A stretch of 63,954 bases of DNA, filler included, from Reticulomyxa filosa (lineage: Eukaryota; Protista; Foraminifera), in NCBI GenBank assembly GCA_000512085.1. It is 17 parts of 17 records of this genome, joined end to end, with 100 filler letters (N's around TTAATTAATTAA, not from the genome) between each part and the next. Parts side by side here need not be neighbours in the genome. Positions count along the whole stretch, not along the records: positions 49,295 to 51,625 come from ASPP01004430.1; positions 51,726 to 58,050 come from ASPP01008811.1; positions 58,151 to 62,839 come from ASPP01006175.1; 14 more parts are not named here. The stretch is one strand, 5' to 3'. The translations under genes and the position numbers were made by a program. The notes below the pieces were generated by a model that ran no database searches, had not been told where the DNA came from, and was given only the letters and a program-made list of their open reading frames with translations. Positions 50,600-62,366 of this stretch are shown here, one piece after another; the stretch's first letter is position 1; every line of letters starts with the position of its first letter.

Positions 50600-51625
50600 T
50601 TGGAAAAATTAGTGGACAAGTTATAAAATAAAAATGTGATACTTACACAACTTTAAACGATGTCTATAAGTTTATACACAAACAAGAGTGACAAGAGAAA
50701 ACATATGAACTTTGGACGACAGACTAGTCAAAGAAAATGAAAGTCTCAAAAAAGAGAAACAATGCTATGAACGTGAAAAGACTTTGCTCAAAGAGTTTCG
50801 CTTCTATTCTGCGTAATATCATATGCTCTGACATATAGGGATTAACCGATTCTTTTTTTCTTTTCAACAACAACAACAAAACAAAGAATGGAAACAGCAA
50901 AAATAGAATTAGAAAAGAAATATCAAGAATTACAGACCGAATTACAAAAGGTAAAGACCCAATTGCAAAAGTTAAATTTGGAGTGAGTGGATGTTTGTAT
51001 ACGTGTGACTCAAGCTAATAGTACTCACTATTAATAATATGATGATTGAACAGAAAAGAAAGAAATTTTCAGAAGGAAGAACTGAAAAAAAAAGAACAAA
51101 CAGAAGACACAAAAGAAATAGAAAAAAAAATACCAAAAGGTTTAAGAAATTTAGGAAATACATGTTACATGAATGCATCATTACAATGTTTAATCAATAC
51201 TCCATTATTACAACAACTTACATTGAATGAACATCCAATTAAATTAAAATCAAATAAAATGTTTGAACAATTTCAACAATTAATGCAAGGATATTGGCAA
51301 ACAAATACAAATTCAAGAGAATACGTAGTTGCACCAAGTGGTGTAAAATCTGCTTTAGGTCAATTGATTCCAAAATTTCAAACATTTGATCAACAAGATA
51401 CATTGGAATGTTTATTATTATTATTAAGTTTTGATAATGAATATTATATATATATTGTAACTATTAATATATAAATATATAAATATAAAAATATATAGAT
51501 TCCATTCATGATGATATAAATGAAGTGGTATCACAACAAAATATAAAACGTGTGGAAATACCAGGAAAATCAGATGAAGAGTTAGCTAATATAACATGGA
51601 GAGTGTATGAAAAATTTCGTTATCA
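50600..51625 (+). CDS. Ubiquitin-specific protease (C19) N-terminal part with upstream coiled-coil exons; 3' truncated, 5' end uncertain
   Basis: Cys box GLRNLGNTCYMNASLQCL, QQDTLECLLLLL|NSIHDDIN, SDEELANITW. Confidence 0.85.
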
Positions 51626-51724
51626 NNNNNNNNNNNNNNNNNNNNNNNNNNNNNNNNNNNNNNNNNNNNTTAATTAATTAANNNNNNNNNNNNNNNNNNN
51701 NNNNNNNNNNNNNNNNNNNNNNNN

Positions 51725-51777
51725 NTATCATCATAATATATGTTTTAGGTGTTCAGTTTTCTTTTGCAACTTACTGT
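51725..51777. mobile_element. MITE terminus fragment
   Basis: TGTTTTAGGTGTTCAGTTTTCTTTTGCAACTTACTG-TA at contig start. Confidence 0.55.
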
Positions 51778-53519
51778 AAAAGAAGATAAGCAAGGACAAC
51801 ATGAAGATGACAATGTCAAAAAGTAATTATTGTCTGCTATTTATCAATCTTTTTTTTTTTCGTCTTCTCTTTTGATTAACTTGTATCAATTGAGACTGAA
51901 TTCTCTTCGAATAAAGTGTAAACTAGTGTGTTTTTTTCTTGATTATTTGAATAGTCAAAGATCGAAAGTTTAATCATCTTTTTTTTTTTCAAGAGCTTGC
52001 TTGTTGCTTAGCATTTTATTATTTTTGTAACGAAAACCCATATTTGCTCACGATAAACAAAAAAAAAGTAAGTGATCAAAAAAATCAACAAAAAGCAAAG
52101 ACATATTAAAGCAGCAAACGAAAACATGTTGTTATATAATAAACATATAAAAAAAACAACATAATAAATTGGAGCAATACTATTTAATACACAAAAAAAA
52201 GGTTTGAAGAAAAGAAGGCAGATTCATCTAAAAAGGGAAATATGTCAACTGATTTACCACAGTCGTTGGAAATAGACGAAAAGAGTGCTTGTTTTGAGTT
52301 TGATCATACAGTAGCACTTGTACCACAAAGTGTTACGAGTCTGGTGCTGGAATGGTCTGGTCTGTGAATAAAAAGAATTTTTTTTTTTCTATTTTGAAAC
52401 ATTATTTGGTTTGTTGGTTTATTGACTTGCTTTTTCTTCTTCTGAATATTTTCGTTTTTTTTAAAAAAAACTACTTGTAACCCTGAATCATTTTTTTGAC
52501 TTGTTCATAAATGCTTGTTTAGATTTTTGTGTCGAGTTTTATACAATTTATATACTCTTTTTTCTTTCTTGAAAGATTTTGGAACTTACAAATTGTTAAA
52601 GTGATGTTTGTAGAGCATATGATGTTCAAATAGCACTAGATGAAAGGACTAACTATTAGTTTTAATGAAGCGAAATGTGAAATTTTTGACAAGTATAGGC
52701 ATAATCTAAGATCACATTTCATCAAATGCAGAATAATTTAAAAGTATGCAAGTATTGTGGAAAAAGAAATCACAAATATGAAAACTGTCATCAAAGAAAA
52801 GATCCAAGATTCCAAAAATGTGTGTTATGCAAAGGAAAGCATGCAATTAATTCATTATGTCATGTAATTCAAAAAACAATACAATTGAAGTGAAATTATA
52901 TCGCAGATAAAAGAAAATAATTTAGAATAATGAACAAGTGAAAGTTATTACAAATACAAAAGAAAATCCAAAGTTCAAAATTACAAAGATATTGTAATTC
53001 AACAAAAAAAGAAAAGCCAAACAAATTATAATTATACAAATTTTTGTAAAAAGAAAACTATACAAATGGATCTTTTACAAACTTTCATGTTTCTTGTGTG
53101 TAAATTTCGTGCTCTATATTGTCCAACTTAACTTTTAATTGATCATATGATATACAACTTTGCTAAAACAGTAAAATATCAAGCCGATATATTTCTAGAA
53201 TTAAAATTAAATTTTTTCACAGTTTACACTTTGATGCATGTAATACTAACACCGAACTAACTACTTTTCAAGAAAAAAGCTATATTTTGCCCTATGGAAA
53301 TGTATTTTTCTTGAAAATGTTTTTTCTTTTGATGTTGTGATTTTTTGAATTGCTTTAGCTTGTTTATATGTATGAATAAGTTCCAAAACTTATTGTTTGA
53401 GTTTTGGAATAGTAAACAACACACAAAAAAAAAATTCTACTAGTGCGTAAACCCTTTGTCTACAGCACAAAAAATATCGCCTTTTTTTGTAAATTTTTAA
53501 ATTGGAATAAATTTGAAGA

Positions 53520-54359
53520 ATGAATCCAATTATTGGAGATGATCTAAACAAGCAGGTAAATTCCAGCCGAGAAAATGATCCCCTTGGTCATTTGTACGTT
53601 GGTCTGAAAGACTCTTTACCAGAAGAACTTGTTCAGATTCGTTTGGTATCGGTTGTATTAAGTTACATTGGATATGTGGAAGATGTACTTACATCATATG
53701 ACAAGCAGCAGAGTACGGCACATTACCAGCAAAGTGAAGAGAATTCAAAGACACAGTTGCAATTAATTCGTCATACTGTGTCTTCGGACCCAAGTCCAAG
53801 TTATGGGACCGAGATATGTATTCTGATAAAAATGCCATATCAAACCATGTTGCCATTTCCATACAAATACAAGTTACAAAGAGTGGAGATCTTATGTGGA
53901 TACTTTCCAAGTGATGAAATAAGCAAGTGGCAATCAGGTAATTGTGAGTATTTAGCCGGCTTGCAAATCTTTGATGAAGACAAGAATATCACTCCAGGAT
54001 TCGTTTGGAATGTCAGCAAAGCATCACTTTTGGAAGCATTGAAAAAAGAAGAGCATAACAATCTCTTATGGAAGAGTGAAATATGTTCTCAAGACTTTTG
54101 CAAAAATCAGCTCGTGGAGTTCCACAATTTAAACATTAACCTGATCCCAAACGCGAAATATGTGTTTTGGTTGAGACGGTTGGAAAAAGAAGGGGTTCTT
54201 TTACACGCTCCATTCTTAGATATGCAAGACAACTATACACGGACTCAGTTCAAAAAAAACTGCGTTATTTCGCAAGGATTCAATTACTACAGTGGTGCTA
54301 ATCGAAATTCAATTGAAAATCCATATACTCTGAGTTATCGATTAAGTTTCACTGTTTAA
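53520..54359 (+). CDS. Intronless hypothetical 279-aa protein; F-box-like N-terminal motif plus probable beta-sandwich domain
   Basis: Long clean ORF in AT-rich surroundings; LPEELVQIRLVSVVLSYIG; beta-rich C-terminal part (LIPNAKYVFWL, LSYRLSF). Confidence 0.7.
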   Translation: MNPIIGDDLNKQVNSSRENDPLGHLYVGLKDSLPEELVQIRLVSVVLSYIGYVEDVLTSYDKQQSTAHYQQSEENSKTQLQLIRHTVSSDPSPSYGTEICILIKMPYQTMLPFPYKYKLQRVEILCGYFPSDEISKWQSGNCEYLAGLQIFDEDKNITPGFVWNVSKASLLEALKKEEHNNLLWKSEICSQDFCKNQLVEFHNLNINLIPNAKYVFWLRRLEKEGVLLHAPFLDMQDNYTRTQFKKNCVISQGFNYYSGANRNSIENPYTLSYRLSFTV

Positions 54360-56476
54360 CATCAAACTTGTGGCATATCCTTTGCTTTTCCTATAGAAAC
54401 GACAGTAATATCGGATTTCAGTTAAAACATTTATAATTTTTTTTTTTTTTTTTTTGTTATTCAAAATATTAAAAGGTGCGTTGCCATTTTCAGTACTCTG
54501 TATATGCAAATAAAAAATACTACAAATATATTTGCCCTATCTATACTTCCTGAGGTAAAAACCTTTTAATAACAATTTCGAAAAAAATGAAAAAGATCAA
54601 CACTTTTTCCAATTTTGTCCAACATGAACATTAATTTTTTTTTTTTTTTTTAGGTATTCCTCATCACCGACCGCAAAAAATCCCCTACCCTACAAATATT
54701 TACAGTTTTTATTCATGAAAAATCAATTTTTTTGAAAAAATTTTACGCCATTGTGGTGATCGACGTTTTGTCTGTCAGCACATTTACAAAGTCCTTTTTA
54801 TGCGTACATGCAATTGATTTTAGGAACTCTTTTTTTATTTAACATCTTTACAGTTATTTGTGAAAAATGTTGGTAATGACGAAATATCGATTACAGAATA
54901 AAACACTTTTTGATTCAGAGCAATCCATTCACAAGTAATAATTTGATGCATATAAAATAATTATTGGTGTTGTATCTAATTTTAAATTACTTCAATAATT
55001 TCAAGACTTTTTTTCATTAACTTCAAAAAAAGAAAATAATGGAAATTTCAGGGATTATTTGTATTCTTTCCTTTCTTTGTTAGCTCATCTTTAAATCGTT
55101 CTATCACTATCACAAGAAAATAGTCCGATCGTCAGATAAAACTCCATTCATATCACATTACCGGATTCCTCCAGTATCGTATGCAAAGGAAATATACTCT
55201 ATATTTTCGAAAACTGTAATTTGACCAATCTAACACAATGACTATTGTATAACAATAACATAACCTTTTATTTGTTTATCATTTGAATAATAAGGCAGTG
55301 TTGACAGCTAATGGAAACTGTATACATTCATCTACGGACTTAAAACATGTGGATTTACTAAGAATATAATTTTTAATCGATTTAATGCAAAAATGAGGCA
55401 CTTTTGTTTGACAAAATCAAAACTTCTAAAGTATACTATTAGACTGTATGAAAAACGGAGTGTGTATCAAATGTAATAAAAGGAGTTAACGCTTGATTGA
55501 AGTAAATGTGGACAATAACAACTGTCTGATCAAAAAATGAAAGAAAAGAAACAAAAGCATGCAAAGTTCGTTGTAAAGTTAATAAAAATTTTGGATAAAG
55601 GATTCCGAGATTCACCTGTGCGTTTGGACCTTGTTCAAAGCCAATCTCATGAATTATTCAGTCGTTTGACTCAACTAAAATATAAAAAAAAGAAAGGAGA
55701 GAAAAATAAGTACAATACAATACAAAAATTGATAAATTGAATATATTTTTACAAGTCCAAGCGTAGCCTCTGTTTATAAATCAAATTTGACGGTGCACTG
55801 TAATTTTACTATGTTTAAAATAGTGAAAATAATAAAGACTAATTAAAGGTTAGCATGGCTAGTGTTTCTACCCCTCTTGCAAATAATCTTTTTAAAAACT
55901 GCGTAAATAAGAAAAAAATTTTAAGCCTTTTTAAGTTTAAAAAAAAAGGAAATGCAAAGAGTGACGCTTTAATGGATGTGCAAAGGAGACATTGATTGAA
56001 TATTTTTTAGTGGAGGTTTTTTGAGCTTAAAAAAAAAAGCATGAACAGATTAGACATGTTGGAATACGAAATGCCGCAGTAACACATTATTTTTTTTGAC
56101 TCGAAAAGAGGCTTTTTTTTATTCAAGATTGTGATAATAAAAGCAAATTGTTGTAACATTGTAAATTAATTGTTGTTTTGTTTTCCCTGAGTGGAAATCT
56201 GAATGTTATTTGAAGCACTCAGGAAACATGGTAAAATATCACACACAAAATGCATTAAATTTTACCAGCAACGTTTCTTGTGTGTGCGTTTTTTTGTGTT
56301 TTTTTTTTTTAAAATTCACCTACAAAAAAAAGTTATAAAAAAAAACAAACAAACAAGAAACCAAAAAAAAAAACGAGAAACAAATACTAAGTTGACTACT
56401 TTTTGTTAAACATCAATCATCTTTCTGGCCTGACGGATTGAAACAATGTGACACCGTTAATGAACGAAAAGTGCGT

Positions 56477-57598
56477 CTATTGATTCGACTCGTCGACATT
56501 CTCGTAGTGTCTAGTGACAGCTGGATTTCCAGGTCCAATAGGTCGACCCATGGCGGTGCCATGAAAAGCACGACCAGCACGTCCACCACGTCCACGCCCA
56601 GTGCGTCCGGCTCGTCCAGCACGGCCTCCTCCCCCTCCTCCCGCAGGTCCTCCAAATCCAGTACTACCACCGACGCCACGTCCTCCGCGGCCTCCAAATC
56701 CTCCGGTGGCACGGCCAGGTCCTCCAGCTGCACGACCCGCTGATGGACGAATAGGTCCTCCTGCGCCATAACCAGGATCAATAGCTGCTCCCCCTCCTCC
56801 TGATACACCATATCCTCCACCTCCAAATCCAGCACTGCGTCCTCCACCTCCAAATCCAGAACCACGTCCTCCACGTCCTGAAAAACCTCTACCACGTCCT
56901 CGTCCTCGTCCTCGACCTCCTCGAGTTCCTCGGCCACGACCTCCGATGCTCTCTGCAGGGATCGGTTCTTGGTAACCCACAGCGTGGCTTTCTTCTTCTA
57001 AAGGTTTGCGGGACAGCTTGATGGTGATGGATGCAACTCGACGGGTTGTTTTCACTTCTTTCAGTCCCTCTTCCAAAGGCTCCCATACGTCAATCATTTC
57101 CAACGTATCCAAGCTCGTCACTTGGTGAAGATCTGCGATTCTTCGTTTTACTACCTCTGCTGTTGTCACTGCACTGTAAATGGCTTGACCGGTTGCCTTC
57201 AGGACTATCGTGTCAAATTGTTTGTTTGAAGTATTCAGCACATCCCCTCTTTGATCGAGGTTGGCTTTTTCTTCGTTGCCTTGCTGACTTCCCCCGGTGC
57301 CTCCACTTGCACCAACTCCAATTCCACCAGCACCACCACTTGTGTTTGTGTCTTGTAGAGGGCCACTCAATAACCTCACGGCATAGTCTACATAACGTTT
57401 CACTAGGCCCTTGCAGAATTAAATATGTTATTTTTTTTTTTAAAGTCAAAAATCACTTACCAAAAACACATGTGTTGTTACTACCTGTGTTGTTATTCGC
57501 ACTTCATTTTCTTCAATAGACGGTTGATCAGATGGATTCGGCTTTCTGCGATATTTGGTTTGCATATTGTCGATAAATGTAGGCTCTGGTTGTGCCAT
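56477..57598 (-). CDS. Alba-domain (Rpp25-like) nucleic-acid-binding protein with long RGG tail; exons 57598-57485 and 57409-56477
   Basis: ENEVRITTQ|GLVKRYVDYA, IVLKATGQAIYSAVTTAEVVKRRIADLHQ, DVWEPLEEGL, GYQEPIP, then RGG/GRG repeats. Confidence 0.9.
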
Positions 57599-58150
57599 TA
57601 TTAGCTTGTGTTCTTAGCTTTTTTTGGAACGATTTGTTTTGATTCTTACTTAAAACGCTCTGTCCTCTTTTGTTTAAGTTCGCTCGTAAACTTTTACGAT
57701 GCAAAAAATACACTTATAAATGATAACTTTACAAGCTATATCTTCAAAATAGCAAAGTTAAATTCAACTGAATGCCTTTGATAAGATAAATGAAATTTGT
57801 TATTTATAACCTTTATGCTGAACAAAATATAAGTACAACAAAATAACACATCATATTAAGAAAAATTGATATTTTAGAACAAAGAGTGCTGATTTTCGTT
57901 AAATAATATTGAAGATATGCATTTATAATATTATCAACTGCAAAAAAACACTAAAACGCAAATTTTCATACTTTTTAAAATTTTTATTAAAGTAGAACAT
58001 ATATATTCCACACGAATTGTAGATATTATTGAAAATTTTTTTAAAAATGTNNNNNNNNNNNNNNNNNNNNNNNNNNNNNNNNNNNNNNNNNNNNTTAATT
58101 AATTAANNNNNNNNNNNNNNNNNNNNNNNNNNNNNNNNNNNNNNNNNNNN

Positions 58151-58189
<39 letters not shown>

Positions 58190-58209
58190 GTGTGACGGTG
58201 TACAGCCAA

Positions 58210-58573
58210 TGTCCAAAGTTAAAAGTTGTTTGATCACAATAAACGCATAGCACAGTCAAATTACTTGATATTCTGGGCTCGGATGTTAACCGCGTTGTAT
58301 ATGCTGGAACATGAAAAACACTTTAGCCAGTTTGTCCAAGGCAAATCTTTTCGAGAGTTTTTACAGGCTGATGTTCAGGCGTTTTATGCAGAGGCGGATC
58401 ACCCACAGTTTTATGCTCTTTCCATGGCCGTTGGTGTGCCTGTGAGAGTATATTGCTTGGAAAACGTGGAGAATGGCGGACCTCAGGTTGTCACTATACC
58501 TGAAAACAGTCAACCTTATTTCGATTTGTTGTACAGACCTGGCCACTACGATATTTTGTACAGATCCCAATGA
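58210..58573 (+). CDS. Otubain (OTUB1-like, peptidase C65) deubiquitinase, 3' exon
   Basis: SNYLIFWARMLTA, EADHPQFYALSMAVGVPVRVYCL, LLYRPGHYDILY. Confidence 0.85.
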
Positions 58574-60785
58574 ACATTTTTTTTTTTTTTTTTTTTGTAA
58601 TTGGTTTCCCATCCCCTTCCTTTTGAAAATCTATCGTCCCATGTGCTGTTGGTTGGGTCTGTTTGTCAATGCTCTGTTTTAACCAACCACTCAGGTTTCT
58701 TACATCATTCATTGTCCCCGTTGTTTGCTTTTTCATGATCACTCAATGGTTGGCAATTTTGTTTGTTCAGTTTGTGCTTCTTATTCTTTTCAGATTCACA
58801 CTTGTCTAATCAAATGACGACAATTCATGCATTGTCTTTTTTGACCCTTTTATTTTTTAAAAACTTTATGGTTTTACAAAACCATTTAAATAAGGTCAAA
58901 ACACGAAATAATGAATTATTAATTTTTAGATGCCTTGTTTTTCATTAATACTCATATGAATTACAATAGATCTAAAAATCTAAAATACAGCTAAAAATAC
59001 ATTAGAAATAATTAAAAATTCGTTTCAAAAATGTTATATTAATTTTGGACATTTTCTAAATTTTCATTATTTAGCATTATCAAAAATTATAACAATTTTT
59101 GAAGCAATATTGATAATTTTTTTTGAAGAAGCAAATATCAAAAGAACGATAAATTCACAAATAAGATAGAACAGACAATAATATGTAATACCAATGCAAT
59201 CTTATAAAAAAATGAATGTAAAAACAATTATTTTGATTATATATACAAGTTTACAAATATAAATATATTAAAAATTTATCTTAGCTAAATGCATATAATC
59301 TGCAAACTTTAGTAATTTTACTGCATAATATAATAATCGATAACAAAGTGAACCATATTTCAATTATGATATAATTGAATACAGTTACATATTATGCAAT
59401 AGCCACTGTAAAAGTATATAACAAGTACAAACAATGAATTTGCACAAACAATAAATTGGTATTTCGCTATCAATGACATGAAAGTTCTTTTGTTGTAAAT
59501 ATAAGCAAAATGGGGAAATAACAATTAAAAATATTAAAATGCGATTGAATATTGCATAGTTAATATTCAAAGTCAACAATCTGAGTTACCAGCAAAATAA
59601 TTACTTGAAATACTTTTGTTCGTATTTGAAACTTCTATATCAAATTGTAACTGACATCAAAGTAGAATTTAATTTTATAACTAAGAAATAGATCTATTTA
59701 TGCACATACATATGTATATGTAGATAAATACGAATCAACGATTTGTGTTTCTACAAAGATTTTACAATACACACAAATGAACTTGGAAAGCAAATGATGT
59801 TAAATAGTTTTGATATCCAGAAAATGAACTCAACATAACATTGATTATATTGATACTATATTTATATAAATTGATAAATAAATAACTGTTGACCAAGTTT
59901 TGTAGTTTTTTCAAAGTCGAATTTTTTCTTGATATTCTGTATTTATTGTAATCTGTTTTTCACTTACACATTACAAAACAAGATATACATTTATTATTTT
60001 TATCATTTAAATGTACTATTAAATATATAAAAATCATATATACAATTCATAGTATGCAACAAAATTTGTCTAAGTATAAGTTGTTATTAGCTATGTTGTC
60101 AACTAAAATTACTACATATTTAATTTTGTCAATGTCAACATAATTTTTCTAATTGATTTGTAGTAAATATTCAATTGTAATAATTATTTTCACAATATAT
60201 TTGTTCAAGCTATATATGTATAAATATATTAATCACTTTTTCTTAAAATTTCACTTTTCATCATAAAAACATACTATTATATATATATTTTTCAGACTAG
60301 TTCTACGTATGTCAATGTTGTATCAACAAGAACTTCACCTAGTTATGACTTCGAATATGGTCATTGAACAACATACTTAATCATAATAAGACTGTTACTT
60401 CGATCTGTTATGTTATCTTGATGACTTCATCTAGACTTAATTTTTTTTATTCAAATTCAGGGGACTACGTTAAGTGTTTTTAAAAAAAATTTTTGTGAAA
60501 ATTATCTTTTTTGTCACTTCAGAAGTGATTTTTTTATTACGATAATACTTTGTGTAATTTTTTCAAATGAATGGTTAACATTGAACAAAATCACATAAAA
60601 ACGATTGATATTTTTGCTTTTCCTTTTTGTAGGAAGAAAAAAAGTGATATTTTGTGAAATTGATGGATAGTGCGATCAAGATTGTTTTTCATTTTGCGTC
60701 AAAGCAAGAAAAAAGCAAGAAAAAATAAAAGTAAAGAACAAATGTATTTTGTTTTTTTTTTTCCGATGATTGATGAAACACAAGG

Positions 60786-61268
60786 CTATATCAAAGAAGA
60801 CAAGGCAAAAGGGACATCATTTCTATGACTGGGGAAAGTGTGATGACCACCCCCAATGCCATATAGATTATTCATGCATCGTTTTTCATCATTGACAATA
60901 TCATCAGCATACTCTTGACGAATTTTGAAAAACAAGTCTCCAGTTAGCAGGCTGTCGCTTCCAGCTTGATGAAAGTGGCCTTTGCGTTTCACCTTTAATC
61001 AATGATTCCATTTACACAAACAAACAAACAAACAAAAAAAATGCCTACGTGTTTAACATAGGGATCAATTCAGATAGCAAAACTCGTAAAGAATCGGCCA
61101 GCTTTTGTAAACTCCCAGCAATGCCATGAGCACTCAGCAATACTTTCAAATCATAAATGCTCGGAAAAAAGCGTTCCAGCAGCCAAAAGAATTGTTCTTC
61201 CTTTGCAGGTAAATCTCGATTCGTCAATGTCTACACAACAACAGTGAACACTTTGATAATATATATAC

Positions 61269-61299
<31 letters not shown>

Positions 61300-62366
61300 T
61301 ACATATATACATATATACATATATATATGTATATGTATGTATATATAACTTTGAGTAGATAAGCAAAGTCATATCCTCCATGAAAACAAATCCATTTGAT
61401 TTCGTCATTAAGTACGAGCCCAGACATCATCATGGACTCAGCAAAGTGCACATGGTCAATGCCTTTCTTTGCCAATGCTGTGAAGTCCACTCCGCTGCGC
61501 AGCAGCAATTGGATCGAATCGGGTGCGTACATGTCTTCGCTCAATGAAAACTTGAAGTTGAATTGCCAAGTGCTGATCAGCGTTGGCGTTTCACCTTTTT
61601 CATTGTAAAACGTCATTCCCAATTGGATCATCTTTAGCATATTCACTAATTGTTGTATTTGCGTTTCTTTATTTTTATCGAGTCTATTTTTTTTTTTAAA
61701 AAAAATAAAAAATAAAAACAAGTTACACGCACCATTTTCAGCAAGCAAACTGTACGAATAGGCCAAAAAGTTTGCAAAGGAATTCAATGGCCTGCAAACG
61801 ACACCAGGAAATTCAGTGTCCTATTTTTTTACAGAAGGCCCCTTTTTATTTATTTATTTTTTTTAAAAAAAAGGGGTCTCCTCATTCTTAAATAAAAAAA
61901 TAAAAAATCTACAAGGCTCAACGACTGCAATATAGGGAAACGTTTCAATGATGTTTTCCAATTTTGAAAGCTCCGTGAGGAAATTGTCGGCCCACACTTC
62001 TTGAATATTTGAAGACGAGAGTGAACTATTGTTATTGTTATTATTATTATTATTATTATTGTTGATCTTATTGCTATTCAATATGCTCTTTGACAGGTGC
62101 TTGTCTTTTTTGTTTTCGCTCATCAATAGCGATGACGACTTGTTGCTCGTTGGACTATTGTTATAATTTTCTCCTTCGTTTCTGCTTTCTGTTTCTTTCG
62201 TTTCGTCCGATCCTCCTGCTGCTGTTGCCTCCATTTCGCTACCTTTGTTGTTATTGCTATTGCTATTGTTGCTGTTCTTCTCATTATCCACTGCTCCTCG
62301 TTTTTTATTTGACCCCGACGGATGTCCATGACTTCGTTGCGAAGAGTTGCCCATATGTGCACTCAT
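60786..62366 (-). CDS. CAF1: CAF1/POP2 (CNOT7/8) deadenylase; exons 62366-61923, 61820-61733, 61645-61350, 61230-61084, 60992-60786
   Basis: EVWADN, YIAV|DTEFPGVV, NVNMLKMIQLGMTF, WQFNFKF, FHGGYDFAYLLK, FPSIYDLK, HQAGSDSLLT; all introns are GT-AG and keep frame. Confidence 0.93.
61258..61347. repeat. (TA)/(TATACA) microsatellite in CAF1 intron 3
   Basis: ATATATACATATATATATAT...; similar tracts near 9990, 12600, 14010, 27830, 45740. Confidence 0.9.

Noticed and set aside
55040-55200. Possible WD40 remnant on the minus strand (LFSCDSDRTI)
   Set aside because: Too short and degenerate to support a call
56413-57519. Long alternative-frame and antisense ORFs over the Alba gene
   Set aside because: By-products of GC-rich Gly/Arg codon repeats that lack stops in other frames
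49295-58573. Apparent ubiquitin-system gene cluster (USPs, F-box-like gene, otubain)
   Set aside because: The genes sit on different concatenated contigs; only the two USPs are physically linked
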